Assembly (NCBI GenBank): GCA_942493275.1
Contig: OW818687.1
Location: forward strand, 1,223,211-1,287,210
Direction of reading: 5' to 3'
Origin: an uncultured Coriobacteriia bacterium
GTDB lineage: Bacteria > Actinomycetota > Coriobacteriia > Anaerosomatales > PHET01
DNA: 64,000 bases
Shown here: positions 28,418 to 38,187 of the stretch, piece by piece
Layout: each line of letters starts with the position of its first letter
Numbering within the stretch: the first letter of the stretch is position 1
Notes under the pieces: generated by a model
Database searches by the model: none
Seen by the model: only the letters and a program-made list of their open reading frames with translations
What the model was told of the DNA's origin: nothing
Program-made: the position numbers and the translations under genes

Positions 28418-29020
28418 GTGAGCGCAACCCGAGACACAGCGGACCGAATCCTCGACGCAGCCTCCGAGCTGTTCGCCGCCACCGGATACTCGGCCACCAC
28501 GACTCGCGCTATCGCCGAGCGAGCGGGCGTCAACGAAGTCACGCTGTTTCGCCGATTCGAGAACAAGGCGGGCGTGCTCAGGGCGATCGCACAGCGATTC
28601 GCCGACATGCAGGCGGGTCACGCTGCGGCAGCGGCCCCCGACTCCGAGAGCGTTCGCGAGACGCTGCTTCGCCTCGCGCGTATGGAGATCACCGGCGCGA
28701 TGCAGGGTGGGGGCCTCGCCATCAGGCTGGCGTTCGACGCCACCTCCGTGCCCGAAGTCGCCGCCGTTCTGGGTAAGGGGATACCGAGCAACCTCGAGGG
28801 GCTGGCCGAGTACCTCGCGGAGCACCAGGCGTCCGGCGAAGTCCGGAGAGACGTCGACCCCCGCGTGCTCGCCGAGGCGTTCTTCGGGCTCACCTCGAGC
28901 TACGTGATGTACCGGATCGTGATGGGCGTGATCGAAGCGCCGACGGATGTCGCCAACGACGAGACCATCGAGCAGCTGTTCGAGGTCTTCTGGTCGGGCG
29001 CCGCGCCCAAAGGCGACTGA
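28418..29020 (+). CDS. TetR-family transcriptional regulator
   Basis: HTH region ILDAASELFAATGYSATTTRAIAERAGVNEVTLFRRF. Confidence 0.9.
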   Translation: MSATRDTADRILDAASELFAATGYSATTTRAIAERAGVNEVTLFRRFENKAGVLRAIAQRFADMQAGHAAAAAPDSESVRETLLRLARMEITGAMQGGGLAIRLAFDATSVPEVAAVLGKGIPSNLEGLAEYLAEHQASGEVRRDVDPRVLAEAFFGLTSSYVMYRIVMGVIEAPTDVANDETIEQLFEVFWSGAAPKGD

Positions 29021-29037
29021 CGAAGGGGACTGCTGCT

Positions 29038-29544
29038 ATGAGTAGGGTACTGGTGGTCTACGGCACCAAGACCGGCTGCACCAAAGGCATCGCCGAGCAG
29101 ATCGGCGCCACGCTGTCCGAGCGGGGCCACGCGGTCGACGTCGTCGCCGCGGCCGACAAGCCCAGCCCGGACGGCTACGACGCCGTGCTCGTGGGCAGCG
29201 GCGTCAGGGCCGGCAACTGGCACGGTGCGGTGAAGGGCTGGGTCGCGAAGAACGCCGCGGCGCTCAAGGGCACGCCGACCGCCTTCTACACCGCGTGCCT
29301 CACGATGGCGGTGGAGCCGGAGAGTGCCGATGACGTGCGCGCCTACACCGACCCGCTGATAGCCGAGTCCGGCGTGACCCCGGTCGACATCGGGCTGTTC
29401 GCCGGCATGAACGTGCCCAAGGCGTTCAGCCTTCCGGAGCGCCTGATCTTGAAGGCGATGAAGTCGCCCGAGGGCGACTTCCGGGACATGGATGCGGTCG
29501 CCGCGTGGACGAGCGGCGTGTCAGGCAAGCTCGGGCTGGCGTAG
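29038..29544 (+). CDS. Flavodoxin-domain protein (HemG-like)
   Basis: VLVVYGTKTGCTKGIAE N-terminal FMN loop. 168 aa. Confidence 0.75.
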   Translation: MSRVLVVYGTKTGCTKGIAEQIGATLSERGHAVDVVAAADKPSPDGYDAVLVGSGVRAGNWHGAVKGWVAKNAAALKGTPTAFYTACLTMAVEPESADDVRAYTDPLIAESGVTPVDIGLFAGMNVPKAFSLPERLILKAMKSPEGDFRDMDAVAAWTSGVSGKLGLA

Positions 29545-29554
29545 ACCGCCGCGC

Positions 29555-30133
29555 CTAGCGGGGGGTCTCACCCTTCGCCGCCGATTCGATAGTCCGCGCG
29601 ATCCGCTCTGCTCGGGTCGCGGGCCTCTTGGCGCTCACGATCCACCAGAGCACCTGCTTCTTCATCGAGTCCGGATACGCCGAGAAGCCCTCGGCTGCTG
29701 CCGGCTCGGCATCGAGCGCCGCTGTGAGGTCGTCGGGCATCACGAGCGCCTCGACGTCGGTGAGCAGGTCCCATGAGCCGTCGGCCTTCGCCCGCTCGAT
29801 CGCGGCACGCCCCGGCTCGGCCATGAGTCCGGCCTCCTTGAGCCGGGCGACGCGCTCCTTGTTGGGCGCGGACCAGATGCTGCCCGGGCGGCGTGGCGTG
29901 AACAACTGCTTGAAGCGGTCGGCGTCCATGCGCTGCACGGTGCTGTCGATCCAGCCGAAACACAGCGCCTCTTGGACGGCGTCCTCATAGAAGAGCGTCG
30001 AGACACCGTTGCCCTTCTTGCCCACTGCCAGCCAGATCCCGTCCGAGGACTCGCCATTCTCGGCGAGCCACCGTCGCCATGAGGCGCGGTCGGGCAGCTC
30101 CACGAACGGCCGGTCGGGCAGGCGCGCGCTCAC
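29555..30133 (-). CDS. YdeI/OmpD-associated family protein
   Basis: WRRWLAENGESSDGIWL...EALCFGWIDS...KADGSW...KKQVLWWI. GTGA overlap with the upstream gene. Confidence 0.75.
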   Translation of the reverse strand: MSARLPDRPFVELPDRASWRRWLAENGESSDGIWLAVGKKGNGVSTLFYEDAVQEALCFGWIDSTVQRMDADRFKQLFTPRRPGSIWSAPNKERVARLKEAGLMAEPGRAAIERAKADGSWDLLTDVEALVMPDDLTAALDAEPAAAEGFSAYPDSMKKQVLWWIVSAKRPATRAERIARTIESAAKGETPR

Positions 30134-30948
30134 TGAGGCAGACCTCCGGGGTTGCAGATGACGTTGTCGGCGACCTCGAGGCCGCGCTCGCGCTCGGCGG
30201 CGGTTTCGGGTGTCCACGCGAGCAGCGGGCGACCGCGCAGCCGCTGGAGGCGGGCGTCGACGTTGGGAAGCGCGGGGAGCTCGTAGGCGACGTAGTCGGG
30301 CTTGCTCGCCCAGTTCATCAGTAGGTTGCGCAACGCGAAGATCTGCCACGCCGGCAGGTCCTCGCCCTCGAAGGTCCCGGACAGCTGCCCGCGAGTGAGG
30401 TCGGGCGCGACCTCGGCGAAGCGACCGACCGAGTACGGGTTGAACGACATGATCGCGACTTCGCCTGTATAGCCCTCGAGCTCTTCGACGACCCCGTCTT
30501 CGAGTGCGCCCACCTCGTCGGGGTTCTTCACCTCGATGAGAACGGGCTGACGGCCGTTCACCTCGAGGAGTACCTCTGACAGCGTCGGGAACGACTCCTC
30601 ACTTCCGAGGATCCGCATCTGCCTCAGCTCGGCTAGCGTCACGTCGGAGACCTCTCGCGGGTCGCCCGCGAGGCGTTCGAGATCGTTGTCGTGCACGACA
30701 ACGACGTGGCCGTCTGAGGTCAGGTGGACGTCGAGCTCGATGGGGTGGCCGGCGTCGAGCGCGGCTATGAAGGCGCCCATCGAGTTCTCGGGGTGCTCGG
30801 CGGAGTGCAGACCGCGGTGGGCGAATGGCTCCTCGGTCAGCCACAACGGGGCTTCTCGGCCGGGCATGCCACCGGTGGCGAAGAAGTAGCCGCCCGCAAG
30901 CGCCAGCACGACGACCGCGGCGATACCGATCAGCCAGGTTCTGCGCAT
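30130..30948 (-). CDS. Glycerophosphodiester phosphodiesterase, membrane-anchored
   Basis: FAHRGL...ENS...ELDVHLT.DG..VV.HD motifs. N-terminal TM helix. Confidence 0.88.
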   Translation of the reverse strand: MRRTWLIGIAAVVVLALAGGYFFATGGMPGREAPLWLTEEPFAHRGLHSAEHPENSMGAFIAALDAGHPIELDVHLTSDGHVVVVHDNDLERLAGDPREVSDVTLAELRQMRILGSEESFPTLSEVLLEVNGRQPVLIEVKNPDEVGALEDGVVEELEGYTGEVAIMSFNPYSVGRFAEVAPDLTRGQLSGTFEGEDLPAWQIFALRNLLMNWASKPDYVAYELPALPNVDARLQRLRGRPLLAWTPETAAERERGLEVADNVICNPGGLPQ

Positions 30949-31085
30949 GGGAGCTCCTCGTCGGAGGTCGGGTCCGCGTGCAAAGCGTAGCACCCGCGGC
31001 GACTGGATGGGTTTACCGTCGTTCGATATCGGGGTAGGTGCCTCGTGGTTCGCTTTCTCGCTCCCTGGAGAGGAGGTGAAGAGCG

Positions 31086-31364
31086 ATGCAGTTGACCGAT
31101 GGTCACGTCATGACGTGTCTCGCACGCGAGTGCGGTCACAACTGCAACGAGGAGTGCTGCACGCCGCGCATCCAGATAGGCGACGAGCATCCGATGTGCG
31201 ACATGTACACCACATCTCCCGCCGAGAAGGTCTCGCACGACACCCGCGTCGCACAGTGCGTCGTCGACTGGTGCCACTTCAACGCGTCCAACGAGTGCCA
31301 CGCCGCCGGAATCACCCTCATGCACCACGGTGAGCACGCGGACTGCGCCACCTTCCGCGTGTGA
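31086..31364 (+). CDS. DUF1540-like Cys/His-rich protein (two repeats)
   Basis: Duplicated C...C..C...C module (CLARECGHNCNEECC / CVVDWCHFNASNECH). Confidence 0.65.
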   Translation: MQLTDGHVMTCLARECGHNCNEECCTPRIQIGDEHPMCDMYTTSPAEKVSHDTRVAQCVVDWCHFNASNECHAAGITLMHHGEHADCATFRV

Positions 31365-31388
31365 TTCTTCCTCTACGTCTCTACTCGG

Positions 31389-31418
31389 AAGCGGCCGCCA
31401 GCCCCTGAGCGGCCGCTT
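31389..31418 (+). terminator. Hairpin after the DUF1540 gene
   Basis: AAGCGGCCGC-N10-GCGGCCGCTT followed by TCGTGATTTCG. Confidence 0.6.
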
Positions 31419-31510
31419 TCGTGATTTCGCGCAAGTGGACGTCCGCCCGAAACCCGACCGAAACAGCCGAGAGGGACACTCGACTCCACACACACGAACT
31501 GGAGTCGCGG

Positions 31511-32134
31511 ATGACACTCTCGAACGGGCTAACGGGCGGGGCGCAACAGACGGTACAGGCGGTGGTCGAGCGGAGCGGGACGTTTGGCGCGTGGTCGGTG
31601 CGCTTCGAAAGCGAGGCCGTTCCCGGGACGCTCGCGGTGTTCGCCGGGATACTCTCGCTTCGACGGCTCGACATCGTCTCGGCGCTCATCCGAAAGACAG
31701 CCGAGGGCCGCGTGATCGATACGTTCGAGGTGCACCCGCTCGAGGGCGCGAGCTTCTCGGCGGCAGATGGGCCCGGACTTGCCGAGGAGGCCGCAGCCGC
31801 GATGAACGGGGTGAACACCCTGGGGATCCAGCTCCGTGCGCTGCGACAGAAGCACCCGGCGACCGAGACCACGCTGCCCACGATCGAAGTCATGACCGAT
31901 AGCTCGCTGACGACGGGCGTGAAGGTTCGTGCAGCCGACCGGCCCGGATTGCTCTACGACATCGCCTCGACGCTCACCGCGCACTGTCTGCGCACGAGAT
32001 CGGTCACCGCGCTCACCTTTGGCGGCCACGCCTACGACACGTTCCGGGTGGTGGATTCCTGCGGTGAGCCGCCGCAGGACGAGCGAGCGCTCGCGGCCTT
32101 GGTTGCCGACCTGGAACGCGCCTGCCGGCCGTGA
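31511..32134 (+). CDS. Tandem ACT-domain protein (GlnD C-terminal-like), no catalytic domain
   Basis: Two ACT-like units (PGTLAVFAGILSLRRLDIVSA...; DRPGLLYDIASTLTAHCLRTRSV...). Confidence 0.65.
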   Translation: MTLSNGLTGGAQQTVQAVVERSGTFGAWSVRFESEAVPGTLAVFAGILSLRRLDIVSALIRKTAEGRVIDTFEVHPLEGASFSAADGPGLAEEAAAAMNGVNTLGIQLRALRQKHPATETTLPTIEVMTDSSLTTGVKVRAADRPGLLYDIASTLTAHCLRTRSVTALTFGGHAYDTFRVVDSCGEPPQDERALAALVADLERACRP

Positions 32135-32147
32135 CGCCGGGACCGGG

Positions 32148-32942
32148 CTAGCGTCGGGGATCGAGCAGCACGCCGACATCGCCGGCACGGATGCCGCCCG
32201 TGAGCAGCTCGGCCCCCAGGGAGTCGAAGCCGTCGACCGTCACGCGCCCGTCGACCCGGTTCGCGATGCGCGTCAGAAGCTCATCGGTGGTGAGCGCGGC
32301 GTCGGTTGCGAGCACGATGATCTCGCGATGCTCTCCGGCACCTCCGCCTTCCGAGAGGCCCACCGGGAACACCCACACGTGCCTGAAGACCGATCCGAGC
32401 GTGCGGTACAGCGCCCGGAAGGGCTTGCTGCGGTCGCCGGTGGTGGAGCCGTGGAAGTTGATCGCGAGCGCTCCACCCTCGGGCATGCGGGCGCGGGCCA
32501 GGAGCGCGAACTGCTGAGTGAGCAGGTGGGGCGGCACGCGGTCGTCGTCGAAGGCGTCCACTATGACGACGTCGAAGGGCTCGCCGGGCCCCTCCAGATA
32601 CGCGCGCCCGTCGCCGATGACGACGCGGATGCGCTCGTCGTCCGGGAGCGCGAAGTGGGTGCGTGCGGCCTCGGCCACCTCGGCGTCGATCTCAACTGCG
32701 TCGATCGCCATCGCCGGGTGGTCGCGCCACAGCTGCTTCACCACCGTGCCGCCTCCGAGGCCGATGACGAGCGTACGCCGGGCGTCCGGCACGACCGCGA
32801 CGGCGAGGTGCAGGTAGCGCGGGTACGCGAAGTCGGTCGCGTAGGGATCGTCGAGGCGCATGGACGACTGGTGGGCGTGAGCGAACTTGAGCGTCCGGAC
32901 GCCGTCCTTCTCGGTGATGCGCAGGTTTGGGTTTCGGGCCAC
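32148..32942 (-). CDS. Spermidine-synthase-like (aminopropyltransferase fold) protein
   Basis: VIGLGGGT...VEID...VVIGDGR...VVIVDAFDD. Confidence 0.8.
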   Translation of the reverse strand: MARNPNLRITEKDGVRTLKFAHAHQSSMRLDDPYATDFAYPRYLHLAVAVVPDARRTLVIGLGGGTVVKQLWRDHPAMAIDAVEIDAEVAEAARTHFALPDDERIRVVIGDGRAYLEGPGEPFDVVIVDAFDDDRVPPHLLTQQFALLARARMPEGGALAINFHGSTTGDRSKPFRALYRTLGSVFRHVWVFPVGLSEGGGAGEHREIIVLATDAALTTDELLTRIANRVDGRVTVDGFDSLGAELLTGGIRAGDVGVLLDPRR

Positions 32943-32943
32943 G

Positions 32944-33876
32944 TCAGGCCGCGCGTTCGTCTCGGAAGCCTTCAGCGACCTTGTCAGCAGCGATTTTGAG
33001 GGCGTCGATGGCCGCGGCCATGTGGGGCGCCGTGCGGCTGCCTTCGCGCATGGCGGCGAAGATGCGGCGGCGCAGCGGCAGGTCGTGCAGCGGCTTGAGC
33101 ACGACGCCGGGGACGTCGCCGGAGAGCGCGAGGTGGGGGACGAGCGTCACGCCGAGCCCGGCTCCGATGGCGGCGAGCGTGAGCTGGTAGTCGATGGTCG
33201 AGAGCAGCTCGACCCGGGGCTCGAACCCGCAGTACGCGGTCGCGCGCATAACGGCATCGCGGCAGGGGTTGGGCCCGCGCGCGGCGAACCAGCGGTCGTT
33301 TCGCAGGTCGGTGAGGCGCACGTCGGTGTTGGCGAGCGGGTGCGAGGCGGGCATCGCGATGTAGACGGGTTCGCTCACGAGCGGCTCGACGTCGAAGCCC
33401 TCCTGTTCGAGCTCGCCGGTGAAGGTGTACTCGAGGCCGATCGCGATGTCGATGTGGCCCGAGCGCAGGTCCACGATGCTTTGCGGCTGCTCGCGATCCG
33501 AGAGGTCGAGCTCGAGGGCCGGGTAGTTGGCGAGCAGAGACACCATCGCGGGAATCACGATGGCGCGCGCGGCGGTCGACGGCGCGTCGATCGCGAGGTG
33601 GCCCGAGACCTCCTCGCGAGACAGCGCCAGATCCGCCTCGGCGCGCTCCATGTCGACGAGCATGCGCTCGGTGTGCGCGACGAGGCGCTTGGCCGCCGGG
33701 GTGAGGCGCACGCCGCGCCCGACTCGCTCGAGCAGCACGACGCCGGTCTCGGCCTCGAGCGCGGTCATGTGCTGGGAGACGGACGGCGGCGTCATCCACA
33801 GCGCCTTGGCCGCCGCCGAGACGGTGCCTCGCTGGTCGATCTCGCGCAGGATGCGCAGGCGATGGAGGTTGAGCAT
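32944..33876 (-). CDS. LysR-family transcriptional regulator
   Basis: HTH region LRILREIDQRGTVSAAAKALWMTPPSVSQHMTALE. Confidence 0.9.
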   Translation of the reverse strand: MLNLHRLRILREIDQRGTVSAAAKALWMTPPSVSQHMTALEAETGVVLLERVGRGVRLTPAAKRLVAHTERMLVDMERAEADLALSREEVSGHLAIDAPSTAARAIVIPAMVSLLANYPALELDLSDREQPQSIVDLRSGHIDIAIGLEYTFTGELEQEGFDVEPLVSEPVYIAMPASHPLANTDVRLTDLRNDRWFAARGPNPCRDAVMRATAYCGFEPRVELLSTIDYQLTLAAIGAGLGVTLVPHLALSGDVPGVVLKPLHDLPLRRRIFAAMREGSRTAPHMAAAIDALKIAADKVAEGFRDERAA

Positions 33877-33901
33877 GGCGCGGCTCCTTCAGATCTGACG
33901 A

Positions 33902-33916
33902 TTAGGTACAGACTAA
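33902..33916. promoter_or_regulatory. LysR-type T-N11-A box (TTAG-GTACAGA-CTAA)
   Basis: Inverted 4-bp arms in the divergent LysR/EamA intergenic region. Confidence 0.35.
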
Positions 33917-34003
33917 CGATGCAGCCGCAAACAGTAAATGGACGCGAATGATTGTCTCGGCGACGATGGGTGTCCAAACCCCCACTGCCGAGGAGGCGCC
34001 GAC

Positions 34004-34930
34004 ATGGACCACCTGTCCAAGCGTGACCGGCTGAGGGCGCTTGCCGCTCTCGTCACCGCCGTCGTGCTGTTCGCCTCGGCGTTCGTCGCCATCCGGGCGA
34101 TCATCGTCTCCGGGGCCTACGACCCCGTCGAGACCACCGCCGGCAGGATGTTCGTGGCGGCGGCTGCGCTGCTGGTGCTGGTCGCGGTCCGCGGCGGGGT
34201 GAAGGTCCCCAAGGGCCGCGACTGGTTCGCGTTCATCGCGCTCGGGGCGCTCGGCAATACGCTGTATCAGGTGCTGCTGGGCACGGGCGAGCGCACGGTG
34301 GACGCGGGTACTGCGGCGCTGCTGATCTCGTGCGCGCCGATCCTCGCGTCCGTGATGGCGGTGCTGTTCCTGGGCGAGCGGATGACCGCATACGGTTGGC
34401 TCGGGACCGCGATCGCTTTCGTCGGCGCCGGGGTCATCGCGTGGTCGGCGGGAGTGTCGATGCACATGAGCTCGGGTGTGGCGCTCGTGCTGGTGGCGAC
34501 GGTGCTGTGGGCCGGCTACCAGGTGCTGCAGAAGACGGTCGCGCACGGCTACGGGGCCATCGAGCTCACTGTGTGGCCGACGATGTTCGCCGCGCTTGCG
34601 ATGGTGCCGTGGTCGCTGACGCTGCCCACCGCATTCGCCGCGGCTCCTGTTGCCGCCACTCTCGGCGTGGTGTGGCTGGGGATCGGGTCGTCGGTGGGCG
34701 GCTTCCTCGCGTGGTCGTACGCGATCCGGCGCCTGCCGGTGGTGGTGTCGTCCAACGCGCTGTTCGGCGTGCCGGTCGCGGCGTTCGTGATCGGGCTCAT
34801 CTTTCTCGGCGAGGTGCCGAGCGCATGGGCTATCCTCGGCGGAGCGTTCGTCCTTGGTGGCGTGGCGCTGGCGCAGACCTGGGGCCGGCCGGCTCGCGTG
34901 GTCGTGCCCGAGGTGCTGGAGACCGCGTGA
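34004..34930 (+). CDS. EamA/DMT-family transporter
   Basis: 10 TM helices in a duplicated EamA pattern. ATG follows AGGAGG. Confidence 0.85.
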   Translation: MDHLSKRDRLRALAALVTAVVLFASAFVAIRAIIVSGAYDPVETTAGRMFVAAAALLVLVAVRGGVKVPKGRDWFAFIALGALGNTLYQVLLGTGERTVDAGTAALLISCAPILASVMAVLFLGERMTAYGWLGTAIAFVGAGVIAWSAGVSMHMSSGVALVLVATVLWAGYQVLQKTVAHGYGAIELTVWPTMFAALAMVPWSLTLPTAFAAAPVAATLGVVWLGIGSSVGGFLAWSYAIRRLPVVVSSNALFGVPVAAFVIGLIFLGEVPSAWAILGGAFVLGGVALAQTWGRPARVVVPEVLETA

Positions 34931-35547
34931 GTCATGCGTTGCTGGCGGGGCTTGGTCTGGGAGCGTCGCTGATCATCGCGATCGGAGCGCAGAACGCCTT
35001 TGTGCTGCGACATGGGCTGCTGCGCACCTACGCGCTTCCGGTCGCCGCGCTGTGCGTCCTCGTCGACTGGGTCCTGATCGCGCTCGGCGCGCTCGGCTTT
35101 GGCGCGCTGGTGGAGCGGTTCCCGCCGCTGACGGCGGTCGCCGCGTGGGGCGGAGCCGCGTTTTTGCTGGTGCACGGCGCACTCGCGTTTCGCTCGGCCG
35201 CTCACCCCGGTGCGCTCAGGGCGGCGTCCGGCGCACCTGCGGCGGGTGGCCTGGTGGCGGTGCTCGGCGCGACGCTCGCCGTCTCGCTGCTGAATCCGCA
35301 CGTCTACCTCGACACGGTGGTGCTGCTGGGCAGCGTCGCCTCGCAGTACCCGGGGGCTGAGCGCGCCGCGTTCGTCGCGGGCGCGTGGATCGCCTCGGCG
35401 ACGTGGTTCTTTGGGCTTGCCCTGGGAGCGCGGCTTGCGGCGCCGCTGTTCGAGCGTGAGTCGGCGTGGCGGGTGCTGGACCTCGTCATCGGCTGCATCA
35501 TGTTCTGGATCGCGGCGACGCTCATCTGGGGGCAGGTCGGGGGCTAG
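34927..35547 (+). CDS. LysE/ArgO-family basic amino acid exporter
   Basis: GLGLGASLIIAIGAQNAFVLRHG N-terminal signature. GTGA overlap with the EamA stop. Confidence 0.85.
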   Translation: MSHALLAGLGLGASLIIAIGAQNAFVLRHGLLRTYALPVAALCVLVDWVLIALGALGFGALVERFPPLTAVAAWGGAAFLLVHGALAFRSAAHPGALRAASGAPAAGGLVAVLGATLAVSLLNPHVYLDTVVLLGSVASQYPGAERAAFVAGAWIASATWFFGLALGARLAAPLFERESAWRVLDLVIGCIMFWIAATLIWGQVGG

Positions 35548-36167
35548 CGTCCTCGCCGCACTCCGTACCGCAGCACCGTCTTGAGCTTCTCCGGCGCCGC
35601 CTTGCTCGGGTCGCCGAGGTAGATCTCGTGGTGCGACCCGGTCACCTCGAGCCCTCGCTCCTTCGCGAACGCGAGCAGCCGTTTCACCGACGCAGGCTCC
35701 TCGGAATAGGGACCGATGTGCATGATCTGCACGCTCAGCCCCTCCGAGAAGGTCTGAACCCGCACGTCTCCGATGCGCGCCAAGCCCTTCTTCACGACCG
35801 CGCGCTCGCGCGTCTCCTCGGCGAGTTCGCCGGGCACCTCGGCGGGCAGCAGGATCATGAGCCGCCAGGCGCTCGACTTCGGTGACGCAGGTTTCGAGCC
35901 GGGGCCGGCCTCGGCGTCCCAGTACAGCCCCTCGAGCGGCATCACCGGGTAGACGAGGTCGAGTTGCTTCTTGGCGGCGAACTTCACCTGGTAGGCCAGG
36001 GTGTAGAGCGCCGAGACGGACTCCGTGAACGCCGGGCTCGCCTCGCCAAACACGCCGGAACCGTCGAGCATGAGGAAGCGCAGTGGCGGCACGTCCACGA
36101 TCGACGGCGCCTTCGCGCTGGGCTTGTAGAGCTGGCCGAGTGACTTCTTGAGATCGAGTGTGGTCAT
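35544..36167 (-). CDS. GyrI-like small-molecule-binding domain protein
   Basis: About 207 aa. LYKPSAKAPSIVDVPPLRFLMLDGSG...GPYSEE pattern. Confidence 0.7.
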   Translation of the reverse strand: MTTLDLKKSLGQLYKPSAKAPSIVDVPPLRFLMLDGSGVFGEASPAFTESVSALYTLAYQVKFAAKKQLDLVYPVMPLEGLYWDAEAGPGSKPASPKSSAWRLMILLPAEVPGELAEETRERAVVKKGLARIGDVRVQTFSEGLSVQIMHIGPYSEEPASVKRLLAFAKERGLEVTGSHHEIYLGDPSKAAPEKLKTVLRYGVRRGR

Positions 36168-36187
36168 GCGCCCAGTCTAGCGCGCGC

Positions 36188-37294
36188 TCACTTCATGCCG
36201 AAGAACGGATGCAGCGGGCGGACTCTGCGAATCGCCTCGTACAGCGCGAAGGTGACGGTGGTCGCGAGCACGAGCAGCAGCGCCCACTCGGCCGGCCAGG
36301 CGAGGGCGAGGTTCACGACGAGGTAGGCGAGCACGACGATCACCGTCTGGTGGAGGATGTAGAGCGGGTATGACGCCGGCCCCAGGTACGAGAGCGCGCG
36401 CGAGGGCCGGTCGAGGTGGCGCCGGCCGAGTCCGATGAACCCGACGAGCATCATCCAGACCGCGAGCGCAGCTCCGTAGGCGAACCCGATGCGCCCGAGC
36501 GACGGGTCGGGCAGCGCGTCGCGTACCTGCCACGTGACGAGGTGGGCCACGCAGAGCGCCGAACCCAGCCCGATTGCGAGCCATCGGATGCGCTCCGCCT
36601 TCTCGGCGAAGTCGGGGCTTGAGGCGATAGCGTAGCCGAGGACGAAGAACGCGCCGTAGTAGAAGGGGTTCTTGCCGAACAGGTCGGGGAGGCCCTCGCC
36701 GACGAGGATGATGGCGGCTGCAGTGAGCCACCCTGCGGGACGAGCGAGATGGCGGGCGAACCGCCCGAAGCGCTCGGCCCCGCGATCCCGCGCCCACAGC
36801 AGTAGCGGGAGTGCGGCGAGCGAGATCATCAGCAGCCACAGCAGGAACCACAGGTGACCGAGGCCGAGCCCTCCGTAGTAGTCGCCGCCGTCCTGGACGT
36901 TCCAGCGCAGGAAGTCGCCGCTGGTGATGTAGGTGAGGAACGACTCGGTGTAGCCGGAGTTGAAGCGCGCGCCGATCCAAGTCTGCGGCGGGATCAGCAC
37001 GAAGAAGCCGAACAGGAACGGGATGCCGAGCCGGCTGAACCGCTCGGACACGTACTGCCTGCCGCTGCGCTTGCGCAGGGCGAAGAAGGTGGAGGCGCCG
37101 GCGAGTGCGAACAGTAGCGGCATGTGCCACAGGTCGATGAAGCCGAGCACGTAGTTGATTGCGCCGACCTCGGCGCCCTTCACATAGAACGGCTCGAGGT
37201 TGTAGACGCGCAGGGTGTGGAAGGGGAGCAGCAGCAGGACCGCGAGCACGCGGAGCCAGTCGACGTAGTACACACGCGCGGTTTGCTCGGACAT
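36188..37294 (-). CDS. Acyltransferase-3 family membrane protein
   Basis: VDWLRVLAVLLLLPFH start motif and 10 TM helices. ATG 37294 follows GGAGGG. Confidence 0.85.
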   Translation of the reverse strand: MSEQTARVYYVDWLRVLAVLLLLPFHTLRVYNLEPFYVKGAEVGAINYVLGFIDLWHMPLLFALAGASTFFALRKRSGRQYVSERFSRLGIPFLFGFFVLIPPQTWIGARFNSGYTESFLTYITSGDFLRWNVQDGGDYYGGLGLGHLWFLLWLLMISLAALPLLLWARDRGAERFGRFARHLARPAGWLTAAAIILVGEGLPDLFGKNPFYYGAFFVLGYAIASSPDFAEKAERIRWLAIGLGSALCVAHLVTWQVRDALPDPSLGRIGFAYGAALAVWMMLVGFIGLGRRHLDRPSRALSYLGPASYPLYILHQTVIVVLAYLVVNLALAWPAEWALLLVLATTVTFALYEAIRRVRPLHPFFGMK

Positions 37295-37340
37295 CGGGCC
37301 CTCCAAATCCCGATGGAGTGTGTACCCGCCGTGTGGTCGC

Positions 37341-38042
37341 CTAACCAGCCGCAGGTGCGAGCGCCGCTTCCACCGCGGCCAGCGCGTGGAGCCGAGCGGT
37401 GGGGAACAGCGGGCAGTCGAGGTCCTCGGGGCGCACCAGCAGCTCGATCTCGGTGCAGCCCGCGATCACGCCCTGGGCCCCGCGCCGCTGAAGCTCGGTG
37501 ATGACCCGCAAGTACTCCGCGCGCGACTGCTCGCTCACGATGCCGCGCACGAGCTCGTCGTAGATCACGTCGTGGACAACGGCGCGGTCGGTCTCGTCCG
37601 GAACGATCGCTTCGATGCCGCGCTCGGCGAGCCGGTCGGTGTAGAAGCCCATCTCCATCGTGAAGCGGGTGCCGAGAAGCGCCACCCGGTCGAGGCCCGC
37701 GGCGAGGACCGCGTCGGCGGTGGCATCGGCGATGTGCAGCAGCGGCACGCTGAGCGCGGCCTGAACCCGGTCGGCCAGCAGGTGCATCGTATTGGTGCAG
37801 ATGAGCACCAGTCCGGCGCCTGCGGACTCGAGCAGCCGCGCGTCCTCGGCCAGCAGCTCACCGAGCTCGTCCCACGCGCCGCGCATCTGCAGCTCCTCGA
37901 TGGCGGCGAAGTCGTAGCTGCGCACCACCAGATCCGCCGAGTGCGTCCCGCCAAGCCGCTCTCGTACGGCGACGTTGATGACGCGCTCGTACTCGATAGA
38001 CGACTCCCAGCTCATCCCGCCGAGCAACCCGATCCGCCGCAT
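37341..38042 (-). CDS. Aspartate/glutamate racemase family protein
   Basis: IGLLGGMSWES...ICTNTMH...IAGCTE (two catalytic Cys motifs). ATG follows AAGGAGGAGG. Confidence 0.88.
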   Translation of the reverse strand: MRRIGLLGGMSWESSIEYERVINVAVRERLGGTHSADLVVRSYDFAAIEELQMRGAWDELGELLAEDARLLESAGAGLVLICTNTMHLLADRVQAALSVPLLHIADATADAVLAAGLDRVALLGTRFTMEMGFYTDRLAERGIEAIVPDETDRAVVHDVIYDELVRGIVSEQSRAEYLRVITELQRRGAQGVIAGCTEIELLVRPEDLDCPLFPTARLHALAAVEAALAPAAG

Positions 38043-38187
38043 GCCCTCCTCCTTGGTCCACCCAATGGTAGCGCGAATCGCAGGTCGCGAAAGCGTGATG
38101 AAGGTCACAGCGAAATGGTACTCCGAGGTTCCCCTAGGCGCGCGAGGGCCGCACACTGCCGGATACACCTCGCGAAGGAGCCCCTCC

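Noticed and set aside
31086-32134. The DUF1540-like Cys/His protein plus the tandem-ACT protein as a functional pair.
   Set aside because: A clear hairpin terminator (31389-31418) and about 145 bp separate them. Nothing in the sequence links the two.
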